Shown here: positions 25,553 to 41,128 of the stretch, piece by piece
Numbering within the stretch: the first letter of the stretch is position 1
Layout: every line of letters starts with the position of its first letter
Assembly: GCA_010015585.1 (NCBI GenBank)
Contig: ML975185.1
DNA length: 55,205 nt
Direction: 5' to 3' (one strand)
Source of the DNA: Eremomyces bilateralis CBS 781.70
Lineage: Eukaryota
Program-made: the position numbers and the translations under genes
Notes under the pieces: generated by a model
Told to the model about the DNA's origin: nothing
The model's input: only the letters and a program-made list of their open reading frames with translations
The model's database searches: none

Positions 25553-27012
25553 ATGCAATCGTTGCTCCGCATCTCCGCTCCTGGCACCCTTCGAACCCTC
25601 CACCGCGCACCACGATGCCGGTTGGACTCAATTGCCAATGGAGCGGTTGTCTCAGTTTCTACTACTCGGACATCTCATCCCCAATGCTTCTCGGTAGCCC
25701 CACGACTCCATAAGAAGAAGGACTCCGCCGAAACGAGCAATGAGGGGGATGTCCAATCGCTCAAGATCCCCCCGTCCAAAGCATCGCGGTCTGCTATTAG
25801 CGCCACATCTCTTCGGAGAGTCGCCGTCGAGGCCGAGCGGTCACGAGGCACGTATCTCCGACAGAGAGGCGGGCGTCACTTCGTCGACCCCGATGCGGTG
25901 ACCAAGGTATTCGCGCCCACGATTCCGCGTCCGTCGCACCACTGACCCGCGGATCGCAGAAAGTCTTCGCGTATTGCGCCGCCGAGCGATACGACATCGC
26001 CGCCGTGGCGCGCCTGGTCCGCCACGACGGCTTCGTCCTCGACCCGTTCCGCACGGGGCTGTATCCCCAGGTAGTGCATGTCCAGACCCCGATCTACCCC
26101 GATCACCTCACCGAACCGGAGAAGCTGGACGGCCACGGCGATGTGTTTATCTTCCCGTCTGGGACCATGGTGGCGTGGAACGTCCCGGAGAAGATCCGCA
26201 CCCGGCTCGTGCAGACCGTGCTGGCGCCCGCGGCGGAGAACCCCTTCGAGCCGGAAACGGACAACTTGGAGTATTTGGAGGATCCGTCCAACGACGTTAG
26301 CTCCGTCGTGGGCGACACGATCGTGCTCGGCACGCGGTCCGAGAAATCTGGCTTGAGTCGTACCGTGCCGAGAACTCATGAAGATGGGCTCGACCCGATG
26401 CCGCCTGAAGGCACCGGGCAGGAGCAGCATCCGATGGAGTCGCCGGAGGGCGACACGATCCTCGCCAAGATTGCCTTCTCCTCTGGCCTCGCGCGGTCCA
26501 CCAAGCTGCAAGTCCTGGAAACGCTCCTCGACCACTACTTCGAGTCGACCCGGTCCATCCCGCTGGAGCTGTCGCGGGGCAAAAGCCTCCCGTTCGGCCG
26601 GCAGGGCATCCTGCGCAAGACGGGCGAGCTGCTGAACATCCGCGCGCAGCTGAACCTCTACTCCGAGCTGACGGACTCGTTGCCCGACATCTTTTGGGAC
26701 AGCCGGCATGAGCTGGGGCTGGAGGGATATTTCGACAACGTGGGACGCGCGTTGGACGTGGGCGTGCGCATTAAGGTGCTCAATGAGAAGATGGACTATG
26801 CGCAGGAGATCGCCGCCGTGCTGAGGGAGCGGCTCAGTGAACAGCATGGCACCAGGCTAGAATGGGGTATCATCGTTCTCATTATGATCGAGGTGCTCAT
26901 TGAGTTCCGAAGGCTCTTCCTCGAGGATGCGCCTACCGAGGAAGACATGAAGATGCTGCGGGAGTGGAGGCGTAAAACGGAGCAGGACAGGACCATTTCG
27001 GATAAAAACTAA
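25553..27012 (+). CDS. DUF155 protein, mitochondrial RMND1/Mrx10-like (Rmd1 family)
   Basis: Arg-rich presequence; intron 25907-25959. AYCAAERYD, DVFIFPSGTMVAWN, KIAFSSGLARSTKL, RALDVGVRIKVLNEKMDY, RLEWGIIVLIMIEV. Confidence 0.9.
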
Positions 27013-27361
27013 ACTTATAGGCTGGGAGTTGCGAGATCGTCTAGTTCTCTCCACTTTCATCCTCCTTGGGCAAACTATTGCTGGCTAGGAATGAATCACC
27101 GCAACGAAGTTATGCTATCCTCGCTCACATCAACTCATAGACAATTTATTAGGCCCTTGATCCCTCAAGCGTACAGTCCTATGAATTTTATCTCATAAAA
27201 ATGGTGCCGCTGATCCCGATCAAGGAGTATGCACCACCGCCCGCCCATCAGTCCGAGTGCACCTCTAATCTCAATGCCATCAACCCAGCGCGAGCCATAT
27301 CGACATGATAGCAAATATGTACAATGCCTGTCAGCAAGGGGTCGAACACAATGCAGTTGCA

Positions 27362-29377
<2,016 letters not shown>

Positions 29378-30157
29378 CGACGCTCCCACGGAAGGAGTAT
29401 CCTCGCACGTCGCAACGTAATGGCGAAGCGAACGGATAAGAAGGGGCCGAAATCCGTATGTAAGTGGAGTCTATTGGAATTGCAATTCAAGGAGGGTATT
29501 AATATACAGCACCAACGTCCAACACCTGTTGTCGTCTGATGGTCTCGCAAGATATGCCGGACTCATTCACAATTCACAGTTTCCATCGATTCCCCGTCTC
29601 CACTAATCACGGCGGTGCATTTCGTCAATGATCAATGATCAACTGAACCCCAACATGAAATATCTGGCAAGCTTCATCAGATGGCGCATATATGATGACT
29701 AATATTAGATATGCATACCGGCAGTCGTAACAATTACGAGTCCATCATGGTGCAGTTACAATGTTACCAGTACATAGTGAACAGCGTAGAACATTCTGTT
29801 GAGCTGCCCTGCAGCGTGTAAGAACCTATCGCACGTGTTCTGTGGCTTTGACAGGGACAAGACGGGATCCAATGCAGACGGAGTATGGAATACACAGAAT
29901 TAATTCCGTACTACTCAATTACATCATCTCCTCTTCGACACGGCCTCGAGGTTTGAATGCATCTTGTCTACGGAGTATTCGTGTTTGTTGGACATATCAC
30001 GCGACACGCAGCTGACAGGAGAGCCGATCCCATGTATGGCTGGGAGCAAGACAACTGATAAAACCACACGTGCTGCGAATTCAATTTCAATATTAATACG
30101 AAGTACAACATGATTGATAGAGGATTGATACAAGAAGAACGGAAGAAGGTGCGGAGG

Positions 30158-30213
30158 AATAGTACCTGCCTTAGTTAAGTTAATAGTACCTGCCTTAACT
30201 AGTTAGTTAATTA
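30158..30213. repeat. 16-bp direct repeat around an 8-bp spacer, followed by (TAGT)n
   Basis: aatagtacctgcctta at 30158-30173 and 30182-30197, spacer gttaagtt. Confidence 0.85.
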
Positions 30214-30444
30214 TATCTGACGATTTCCGTACTACACAAAGTACCCGGGCCGTGGAGGGTAAGGAAATGGTAATTACTGGACTGCTGCTGTGAGGGGAAC
30301 CTCTACTAGTTATGGATCACACTGTACCAAACAAACAATCAAGACACGACAAGACCGAATATCAAACTGCTTCCCCGACTCCATCCACACAGTGTTCAAG
30401 AATCGACAACGCCTTATTTCGCCGCTCACATCCTTCCATTGACA

Positions 30445-31228
30445 ATGGCAACCACCACCCCATCCAACCCCTCCTATCCCGAAAAGCGCTCCTCGTCACG
30501 TACCCGCAACCCCCCTTCGCGTCCCACCACCCCTCTCCGCCCGACCTCTCGCTCCTCCCTCCGCGATTCAACCCGACAAGCCACCCTCGCGGCCTCGCAA
30601 AGCGCCGTCGACGGCGGGTTTCCCCTGGATGCGCTCGAGCCGCGGTTTGCGGAGCTGTCGGACGCGATGGGGGACCTGGAGGCCAACTTCATGCACCTGC
30701 AGATCATGCACGAGAGCTTGGGTCGGTTCAGCGAGGACTTTGCGGCGTTTTTGTATGGGATGAATATGAATGCGTTCTGTGTGGACTATCCAGAGGTACG
30801 TCCCCTCGAAGGAGAGGCATGGTCGAGATGCGGAGAACAGAGTAGTCCTGATCAATATAACAGGCTCCGATTCCAGAGTCGTTCAAGCGAGCCAGTCAAC
30901 GTCAACCGCAGGAGGAAGGTCCGATGTCAAGAGAACCCGATTCAGATGCAGAGGCAACGTTCTTGTATGACCTCTTTCCTACATTCAAACCAATGCGTCC
31001 CCTACTGACTCATTTCTTAGGACTACCGATACGTCCTTCGTCGACAATCCACCTACATCGTCGAAAGCATCTTCGAGGTTCATGACCCCCGGCCCAAGAC
31101 GCGCGGGAATTGGACGCGGAGGACCTACGAGAGGGACAGGACGCGGCTCCGCCGCTGCACGAGGGCCCTCGACTAGAGCGAGTGGCCTGGCACGAGCGAC
31201 GACTCGAGGAAGAGGCAGGGGTCACTGA
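30445..31228 (+). CDS. DAM1: DASH/Dam1 kinetochore complex subunit Dam1
   Basis: Introns 30796-30863 and 30965-31020. RPTTPLRP, LEPRFAELSDAMGDLEANFMHLQIMHESLGRFSEDFAAFLYGMNMNAFCVDYPEAP, TFLTTDTSFVDNP, RG-rich tail. Confidence 0.93.
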
Positions 31229-31617
31229 ACGAAAGTCTTCCAACCCAACGATCAACCGAGAAATCCAGAACGCAAATGATCATTTAATGAGCGTTACAAC
31301 ATTATTTCTATTGACATTAATCCACCCCAAATCCACCTCCGATTAACTAGCCCACGAAGTACGATACGCTCCGAAGTTGAGGAATTTCGTGCATCGCCGT
31401 CGTCTCATCGCCGTCGTCTCGATCTTGCCCGCGCCAGGGATATATATGCTAATGTCATGCGGCTCCTACCTAGGGCCTGGCGCCTCAAGGAAATCATAAT
31501 AGGAGTAAGTCCTAGTGCCATCGCAGAAGTGGTATCTCAAAGGGATTGAAAGGAACACTCAGAATGCAAAGAAGAGGTGACTGTTGTGTTTATGGCGCGA
31601 AAAAAAAGGATGAAGGT

Positions 31618-33567
31618 TTAGGCATGGGCCTGCGAGAACGCCGACCAATTCTCGCGGCGGACTGCCCAGCCCTTGATGGCGATCACGACTGTTTCCCACG
31701 CCATGATGAGACAGGACAGACCCATGGTGACGGTGAAGACAAACATGGCCTCGATCTTGTTATCGTCCAGGGCATAGATGATGGTGTGCGTGCTCTCCAT
31801 GAAGATCAAGCCGCCGCCGATGAGGCAAAACGCCGTGACGATTTCGGACGGAGGTCGGGATGGAAGGTATGAGGTCGGCGGGGATATGTACAGGGTGACG
31901 TACGTGACGGCTCGGGAAATGGCACCGGCCACGAACAGCATGCCCCATTGCTTGTGCACCATCGCGGAGGTCATCGAGTGCTGGTGGTGGGAGCTCATCA
32001 TGATACCAAGAAGGAGGACGATGACACCAGGCATGGGATTCATCGGGAATCGATATTGCTTGGGGGCGTCCCATTGGTCGTCTGTGGAGTCAGGACCAAA
32101 CCGCTGGGGGAGTGATGCATCCTTCGTCACGAGGATAGAAGTGTTCAGGAGCTCTCGAACTTTATGGGACTCGATGAGCATTCCGAGCTGCAGCACCTGT
32201 TAGCGAAATTGTATGGCAAAGCATGGGAATTCGTCTACGCACCAATCCACCGCCGAAGAACATAATGGTGATGGACACATGCTCCAAATCTTGCGCCCGC
32301 CACGGTCCACCGGCCCCGCCCAAATGCTCAAGGAAGATGTTGGAAGCTCCGTAGAGGAAAATGAGGAACGATTCCATGAATTCGGCGGACACAAACCCGG
32401 CTTTGCGTGGACCAACCAGCGTCGCCGGAGGTTTCACATTCCACGCCCACCCCAGGTCGGCGAAGCTGCCCATCCATCTTCCCAATGTCACCAACCCATA
32501 CCAGAAGAAGATGCCGCCTTTGACAAAATGCGCAAGCCCTCCAAAGACGTCTTTGCCGCGCTGCAACACTAAATTAACCATCATGGTCATCGCAGCTCTC
32601 GCGAAACTCGATCACTTACGAAAATGCCTCCGTACACGACACCACCTGACGTCAGCGCCAAAAATCCGAGGATGAGGATGGTGCGCTCAACTGCCGTGTA
32701 AATGAAGCTCATAACCTTCAACGTCTTTCGGAAAGCTGCAATGCGATACACGTTGCGCGACAGCATCTTATCGACATACGTGTTCCGCAAAAAGCTGCGC
32801 TTCTCCGGCTCGTCTGGCTCGTCGTCCTCGGCATCATCAAGGCGGATATTGCTGTGTCCAAGGTCGAATGGCCGGGTTTCGGAGGCGATGCTCGGCGATC
32901 GCGTGTGCGCACCGAGCAGCGAGGACGAGTGGCGCTCGGTGCCCTGACCCGAGTCACCGGACCAGCGCACTTCGTCGTACGGCGACTGCTCCCGCAGCCG
33001 GTCGTACTGGGCGATGTTGGCGGCCGACACCGGCTCGCAGTCGTACGATGTGCGGTGGGTGGCTTTCGCACGGGAGGTATATACGTTGAGGATGGCCATG
33101 ACCGCCCAGGCCACGGCGATCCAGGTAATCGCCCACCCAATGGGATGATGTACGTTGTGCTCGTAGAGATCCGGAGTGGAGGCATTGTAGATGACGGCGA
33201 ACAAGACGGCGACGGCGTTCACCAGCAAGAACAGAAATTGTGCCGGGAGCGTGTATCGAGACCCGGCCACGCTAAACACCACGCCAAGCGGTAAAATCAC
33301 AACCCAAGCTATGACGCTCAGGATGATATGAGCCGTGATCATACTGGGGTGGCCTCCATCTGCGAAGTAACTCGGTTTGTAGGTCGGCATCGGCGCATCG
33401 CCACCGACAGCCAGCGTGCTCGACGCTTCATGTCCGGAGCTTGTCCCACCCATGTTCATGTCGTGCGAGGTGTCACCATGCTCGTCGTCGCTGTGAGCTA
33501 CTACCAGCGGCAGAAGCAGGACCAGAGCGGTAGCTATGGGAAGGGAAAAGCTAGTGGGGCCCCACAT
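31618..33567 (-). CDS. YTP1-like integral membrane protein (DUF2427 plus Ytp1)
   Basis: Signal peptide and His-rich N-terminus; introns 32619-32561 and 32242 to about 32188. LAHFVKGGIFFWYG, NIFLEHL, DLEHVSI, NPMPG, MSSHHQ, VHKQWG, SRPPSE. Confidence 0.9.
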
Positions 33568-36500
33568 CGACGCTAACTGTCGAGGGAGTTGGGGACGACA
33601 GTAGGTATATGTTTGAATAGGGACTTGGGATGCGGATAGGATTGGTTAGGAAATTGTTTCTGGAGGTAAAATCCGTGCAGTGAATGGCTCAGTCACCAAT
33701 ATCCGTCTTAGCGTGAGGTGGGGCATACGGAGAGAGAAGCCGGCGAGACGTCGATTGACGTGCGAGGAGGGGGAGGTAAACGGATCTAAAAGGCACTGAG
33801 GATAGGACAGCAATGGAGAAGGAAAGGCAGACTGAGGTTGTAAATATACATGCAGGATGGGTCATAGGGCGGAACGCTGCGGCAAGGGACGGGGCTACAG
33901 AAATCTTGAAGGAATTGGTCGTATTACGAGTGTCCCAAGCAGAGCTTCGCGCAGCGATTTTTTTTCCAACAACCCTCCGATCTTTTCAGTTCCTACTATC
34001 CTTCTACCCCCCCGTTCAACAAGTTTTGTACCGCTCGTCTACGACCATCAAGAGTACCAATACCATTTCCTTTGAGCGGCTTTGAGGATTGACCGTCGTC
34101 TTGACGATACGCGGGACCGATTCCGCATTTCCGCATTTCGCTCGACGATAAACCGTGACGTCCGCCGTCCCGTTCGCAAATCCAGGGTCTTTTTCAAGGT
34201 ATGTCCCTAGCTGTATGCTATGCTAGTAGCTCCAGGGTTTTTGTCACTTATGTCAGGCCTCCGGGTGTTGTTGGCTTGCTGCAGCCACGCCACTGCATAC
34301 GCATGCCACAGCATCATGATCATCCCCCGCGGGCTTGGTCGGTGTTAAGACACAACCCTGTCGGTCGGAGGGTGGTCGGAGGTTGGATGCCGATAAATCG
34401 TGATGGATCGTGCCGTGTATACGGGTATTCCGGAAGGTAGGTACATAGTCACCGTATAATTTGTGTACCTGGTGGTGGCGGTGATAATGGTCGAAGCATA
34501 TTCCGTATTGACGATTGTTCAATATACCATACTCGTGATATCTTCATATGTCTACCCTCCATACGATAGTGGTCCCAACCCAAGTCCAAAGGGTGCTTGT
34601 TGTACGGAGTATCTAGAGGGTACTTTGTCCCCAGCTGCCAAAAGCACCGCCGCCCATCCCGAGCACCACATGCACACTCCGCTGCTACACACCATTATTA
34701 ATTCCACTCCCTCTTGTTGGACTTCGGGTTAGCCTGTCAGCGACTCGGCCCTGACCTGCATGCTGCTGCCTAAGTCCTGACAAATTCATACTAGACAGAC
34801 AACAGCCCACTCATCGAACAGAGCCGCGAGGTTCGTTAACCCCAAGCCCGACCTGGGCCACGAGATTCCGGCTCTATCCTATGTTCCCACAAAAGTCATC
34901 CAGTGCTCAAATCACTGATACGTCGTTACGACTGACGAGGCATCGAATTTATACGCACGTACGAACAAATTGCTCAAAACACCAGCAGGAAATATGAACC
35001 ACCTGATGTCTGGATTCTGATTCTCACCCCGCGATATCGCTGATGCCAAAACCGTTGTGAGACGCAGATACATCCATCAGGCGCTGCTGTGGCCGCTCGC
35101 CAATCACTTTGATGGTCAAACAAGGGCCTAGCTGCCCATGCCGCATGCAGTATTAATAATAATTTGCAGAATGCAGACAAATCCAAGAGGCTTGACCGCT
35201 GGAGGCGTAATCAATTTCAGGGTTCAACCTCACATTCCGGCACTCCGAGTTCTGACGTCCACTGTCTCGTGGTTGTGTGTCAAGTGTGAAGAACACCCTA
35301 TCCTTGACCTGTTGCGACGATGCCATCATATGTACGAAGACCCAACACCCTCGTGTGATGTTCTCCCCTTCTTATACGAATACCGCCTCCAATAAGGGCC
35401 AGCGGTCTTGAGGAGTAGGATTTGGACTGATGTTCCCCTGTTCCTGGGCAAGTCAACAATCGCCAATCAAACATGTCTTCTGCTTCTCCCGGACATCCGA
35501 TTCTCCGACCGGGCTGGTACCATCCAAGTCTGAACTCTGAACTCCTCTGGGCTCTGAAGTGGTAAAAGTCCAAACCATGAGGCCTCTACGCGCTTCCGGT
35601 TGGTGGTTGGCGCCCAGAAGTGGCTGAAGTGCATCTTCCATAGGCACTTCAACCGCAGTCTCATAGATTCCTAGCGCTTGGCAGCGTCTCAGTCCTCCCA
35701 AGTCCAAAAGACCAAAGACGGGACTTCGGAATTTGGAATCCTCTTCCGCGACCTTCCGCAGTAGGGTTTCCAAAAATTATATATTTCAAGCGCCAGTCTC
35801 CAGCTGCACCATCTGGTCATCCGACAACCAGTCTCGGTCAACCATAATAGCTTTGACGTTTGAACCGATGGTGGGGTTTCAACTTTCAAGGAAAAACATT
35901 CGGAGTTCCGCCGAACATCAATATAAGTTGAAGAACGTTTTGAGATCCCGTCCAGAGTCTAGATCTCCTTACTGGTACCCTCTGGTGGGGACGAAATTGA
36001 GTTACGTTTCTTGGCATTCCCCCAACCATCACCACCATTACAGGCAGGCCCAATTCGCTCAAAAACAACATAATACCAAAAAGTATACTCTTTTCCTAAT
36101 TAAGCAACTACTAGAGGTCTGTTTTAGTGAATTCTCTGCCGCGTTTTGGTTAAGATCGTGGGAACTGTGCTTAGGGGAATGCCAAGAAACGTAACTCAAT
36201 TTCTTCCCCCCGGAGGTACGTATTTATGAGGATCATCATGTATGAACCCCTAGTTGCTATTAGCGGGTACTCCCCACCGATCAGCAATACCCGATAATAC
36301 ACGATATTACTCCTAACGGGAATGCATTGCATCACTCGCCATTGTCCAAGTTCTTCATTTATCAATGTATATTCCAAGCCCAGGAAGTAAAAATCCGAAG
36401 TGGAGAACCACAAGGTTTGTTTTTGCTACAGCTCAACTACTCAAGGGTACGTTTTGTGGGGGAACAGATGCATGCCGATCGAAATCATACTACTATGTAC

Positions 36501-37537
36501 AGGCATCTCATCCAAGCAGAAAATCCATCCATACTGCCACAGGTTGCTAGGGCTCCGACGTGCAGTATAACGTCTCGAATCGTTTCACATCCCTCCCTAG
36601 CCCCTATGATTGGTAGATCGTTCAGTTCGGAGAGGTTCTTGATGTCAGCACATTCTGGGGTGAAGTTTTTGGAGTTGGCACATTGGCGCCATGAGGATAG
36701 AGGAGCCTGCCCAGTATACCAAGGCCCCCCAACCGAAATATCAATAACTCATAACCGCCACATCTCATAATAGCGGTGGTTTTATGGGTAATGCCAAAGT
36801 TTGGAAATTGGAATCGTCTTGGAGACTTGGACCATGCAAGGGCTATCTAAAAACCGAATGGACAAGATCCAAACTCCAAAGAGAATGATTCTTGGTGGAA
36901 CCGTAGAACGAATGCATGGGAGATTATTGAAGAGGAAGAAATGGTGAAGTGAGGACAAAGACTTACCATAGTAGTCATGGATAGTCACGTGCAGTTACAT
37001 TCAAGGCTTCTGGACCTTCACGTGACAGTAGTACGTACCCAGAGCCCACTAATTCCGATACACAGCCTCTCTAATCCCTGTAAACCCCTCTTCCCCCTGC
37101 AAGCCCCTGAGATCCCCTCTGACATGAACCAGAATTGATGGAACAAACCTCCAATTCCTCCTGCGGCCAAGACAGCCATCCTCCTCCTCATCGTCTTCTT
37201 CAACTTCTTCAACTTCTTCATCGATATTCATCGCATCGTCCTTTTTTCCACATTCTCTTTCCTCTTATTGTATCCTCTATATCTATTAATTGAGGGCCTT
37301 TCTTGTCACTCGTTCGACTCATCCCTTTCACTTGACCTTGTTCACTCGCTGCTGCCGCTTTAGGCCTGCTTTTGGGCCCCGTGTAAATCCCTCCTGTAGG
37401 ACTCCTTATTCTTCTGTTTATCGTCCCTGTCGTCAATTCTTCTCGCATCCTCCATCGCTCGTCGCTAATCATTGCATCAGTATCGGTCCACATTCCCATC
37501 CATCCCTTATTCCACAGTACCTCACCGACCTTCCACA

Positions 37538-39272
37538 ATGAGGTCTTCAGTCCTCTCAACCGTTGCAACAACGGTTGCCATCCTCGCCTCAACCGTTGTA
37601 GCTGACGTGGACCCGATTGTCATCAAGGGCTCCAAGTTCTTCTACAAGTCCAATGGCACCCAGTTCTTCATGAAGGGCATTGCCTACCAGGGTACGACGT
37701 TACCTTCTCTCTCGAATTGGCCTACGAAGATGCTAACCATACCCAGAGGATATTTCCACCAACGGCTCCATATCCGGCGCGGATCTCAATAAATACGTTG
37801 ACCCGCTTGCCGACGTTGCTGGCTGCACCCGCGATATTCCGGCTTTGGTTGAGCTCCAGACCAACACCATCCGTGTCTATGCTATCGATCCTACCAAGGA
37901 CCACGATGCATGCATGAAGATGCTCGGGGATGCCGGCATCTATGTCATTGCCGATCTGTCACAACCTGCCCTGTCGATCAACCGAGACGATGCCGCTTGG
38001 AATGATGATCTGTACGAACGGTACACCGCCGTCGTGGATGCTCTAGCCCCATACGATAACACCCTCGGCTTCTTTGCCGGAAACGAAGTTTCGAACGCTC
38101 CCAACAACACCGATGCCAGCGCTTTCGTTAAGGCTGCCGTCCGTGATACCAAGCAATACATCAAAACAAAGAACTACCGCACCATCGGCGTTGGCTATGC
38201 CACCAATGACGATGCCGATATCCGTCAGAACTTGGCCAAATACTTCAACTGCGGCGATGCGTCGGAGTCCATTGACTTCTGGGGTTACAACATCTACTCA
38301 TGGTGCGGCGACTCTTCTTTCAAGGAGTCCGGATTCGATGTGCGCACCAAGGAATTCGAGGACTACAATGTCCCGGTCTTCTTCGCCGAATATGGCTGCA
38401 ACTCGGAACGGCCCCGTCTCTTCTCCGAAGTTGGCGCCCTCTATGGCTCTGAAATGACGGATGTTTGGTCCGGCGGTATCGTCTATATGTACTTCGAGGA
38501 GGCCAATGAATACGGTGAGATCAACCGTGCTAGTTTATCGGTTTTCATCTGCTAACTACATGAAACAGGTCTGGTTAAAGTCAAGGGTAATGAGCTCGAG
38601 AAGCTTGGGGACTTCTCCTCGCTTTCGAGCCAAATTGCCAAGGCTACTCCCAGCGGCGTCGACATGGGCTCGTACAACCCGACCAATACCGCTCCCGCGG
38701 AATGCCCGGCGGTTGCCTCCACTTGGGCCGCCGTCGCCAGCCCTCTCCCGCCGTCCGTGAACCCGGCGCTCTGCACGTGCATGATGTCGAGCCTCAGCTG
38801 CGCAGTCTCCGACAACGTCGATGAGGAGAAGTACGGCGATCTGTTCGGTGAGGTGTGCGGCTACGGTACGGAATACTGCTCGGGCATCGCCCACAACGCC
38901 ACCACCGGCAAGTTCGGCGCCTACTCCATGTGCAACGCCAAGGAGCAGCTCTCCTACGCCTTCAACGTCTACGCGAGCAGCGACAAGAACAAGAATAACG
39001 GCAACGCCTGCGACTTCAACGGCGCCGCCACACAGAAGTCCCCCGCTTCCCTCTCCGAGGACTGCAAGTCCCTGGTCTCCCAAGCCGGCACCGACGGCCA
39101 AGGCACCGTCACCTCCGTTCCCACTCCCGGTGGCGCCGGCGCTGGTGGTAGCAGTAGCAGCACCGGTGCCAGCAGCGCCCTCACGGTTCCCAGCATCGAC
39201 TTTGGCTTCGTCAAGCTCGGCCTGTATGTTGCGTGCGCTACCCTTGCCGGTGCCAGCATGATCATCCTCTAA
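37538..39272 (+). CDS. GH72 1,3-beta-glucanosyltransferase (Gas1/Gel family) with CBM43/X8 domain and GPI signal
   Basis: Introns 37692-37746 and 38515-38568. [23 protein letters not shown] and FFAEYGC (catalytic Glu pair), Cys-rich X8 domain, hydrophobic C-terminus. Confidence 0.96.
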
Positions 39273-40687
39273 ACGAATACATGTTGGAGAATGCCGTCTC
39301 GTCGATCTGGTCCGATGCCTTGGTCATCAAGACTATCTATGCTCAGATCAGGGTCGGCTTCATGGGACAGCTTCTGCCTTTTCGGCGCATTATGGGTTCT
39401 CTTCCACAGAGCGTGGAGAGCGTTATATTCATGTTACTTTGTAAATTTGTCGCTTCGGGGGTGTGTCCGGGATTATGGGTCAACCAGCATAGTATCGCAA
39501 TTCCATTCCTGCATTGATTCTTCCAAGTACTGTGCCGCGATTTGCGTCCTAATTTTCCGGTCCGCGGAGCCGATGTGGAGCAAGCTGGAAAGAAATTTGA
39601 ATGTCGCGTCCTCATGCTCGTGCTTTGAAGTAACTGATGCTCTAGCCCACGTTCCTGCTCATTCCTGGCGTTCCGTACTGCAGTGGTGCATAGTGTTTTC
39701 ATTCCGCCGCTCACCAAGACACAGCCACCAACCTATGCATGCTAGCAGGTTATGCTGTGCGTCGACTTTCAAACTTCCTGTGTGGTCAACTGCAATATAT
39801 ACATGCTTCTCCGTTTCGCGTCTCCTCGTTAGGTCATTCATTTCGACTTTTTACAATCGGTACGGCTCGACTTAGCATTATCGGGAGCCTTGGGGGTTCT
39901 GAGCCTCCTTCCCACTCCTTTGAATATATCGGCTCTCGCATCATTGCTTCTAGCCAGAGTACAGTCGTTTTCACACCCTTCCGCAGCTGATCGGAGTGTC
40001 CGACGTCTTCATCACCAACGTCAACCGCGATCTTTTCCACGTCGACGGTCTCCACCACGGTCCTTATGTTGGAGCCGACATCGCCATCCGTTTCGTCATT
40101 CGTGTCTAGTTTCGTCTTCGGAGCCGACCATCGTTTCAATCCCTTTGACGTCTTCGGAGATGGCCATCTTCCAACCCCTTCTCCGACGTCGGAATGGCTG
40201 GTCATCGTCCCAGAACCGTCATCTATATTAATCTATCCCAACAAAGCAAAGCCAGCCACGCATAGCAGCATATGTCCCTCCCGCCAGCCGAACCTTGTCC
40301 TCAGCACTTGAGACCGCCTCACCTATGACAGTGCCGTCTTCGAGCTGCCCTTCTACCACTATAACGAGCATTACGTTACTATCGGTATAGGTCTCTCGTT
40401 TGTCATCAGCGCCGTGTGGCAACGGGCTTCTAGTACAGTGTAGCGCAGGTAGAGGGCGACATATTTCAGGCACATCCAGCTTCGAGTCGCATGGGGAAGG
40501 CGCTGGCCCTATAATATTTGTATAACTCAAGATTCATTGGTATTACGGGTTTTATATTTTTCTATCCCCTTCTGCTACCCCCAGCTCTCTCTTTGCCCAT
40601 CCAAATAGTCGATCAAGTGCCTCTAGATCCTCAAACGTGCGATTCCGTAGTTGCCTAGCCCCAGCGCTCCTCCGGCAACGTACAAGT

Positions 40688-41128
40688 CTACCACTTTGGG
40701 GTGCCCGTGCCAACAGATTTGTACTTGGTAGACGACGGCTTACAGTCCTTGCCGCACTTCCTCTTCACCGCCTCCTGAGCTGCATCGGCTGTCGCATTCC
40801 AGAACTCGCAGAAGGATCCCGCCAGCCCGACGAAGTAGAGGGTCTCCTCCTGCGTGCACTGGTAGAGGGCCGGGTCGTCGCTGCACGGCTCGATGAGAGA
40901 TGCCGTGCCCCAGAAATTCTTGCAATGGCAGATGAAGTCGTCGATGGGGCAGTCATTGTTCTGGAGGCCGTTCGCGTGGCAGTATTGCGCACACTTGGGG
41001 ACCAGCGCCGTATATTGCGGCTGCGTCTTGATACAGGTCCAGTCCATGTCGGGAAAGGTTGGGGGCGCGCTCTGAGACGCGGAGAGCATCGCGGTAGAGA
41101 GGGCGAGGACAATGGTAGACGACCGCAT
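40688..41128 (-). CDS. Small secreted cysteine-rich CFEM-domain protein
   Basis: Signal peptide; PKCAQYC...DCPIDDFICHC...EPC...QC...FC 8-Cys CFEM spacing; extra Cys residues; basic tail with no GPI signal. Confidence 0.8.
   Translation of the reverse strand: MRSSTIVLALSTAMLSASQSAPPTFPDMDWTCIKTQPQYTALVPKCAQYCHANGLQNNDCPIDDFICHCKNFWGTASLIEPCSDDPALYQCTQEETLYFVGLAGSFCEFWNATADAAQEAVKRKCGKDCKPSSTKYKSVGTGTPKW

Noticed and set aside
25876..26847. 323-aa minus-strand ORF
   Set aside because: Antisense shadow of the DUF155 gene.
33800..37400. Short ORFs in the YTP1-GH72 spacer
   Set aside because: No recognisable domain or coherent exon chain; treated as intergenic, though a highly decayed gene is possible.
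39834..40530. Two adjacent minus-strand ORFs (123 and 100 aa)
   Set aside because: No motif and no convincing start or splice model.
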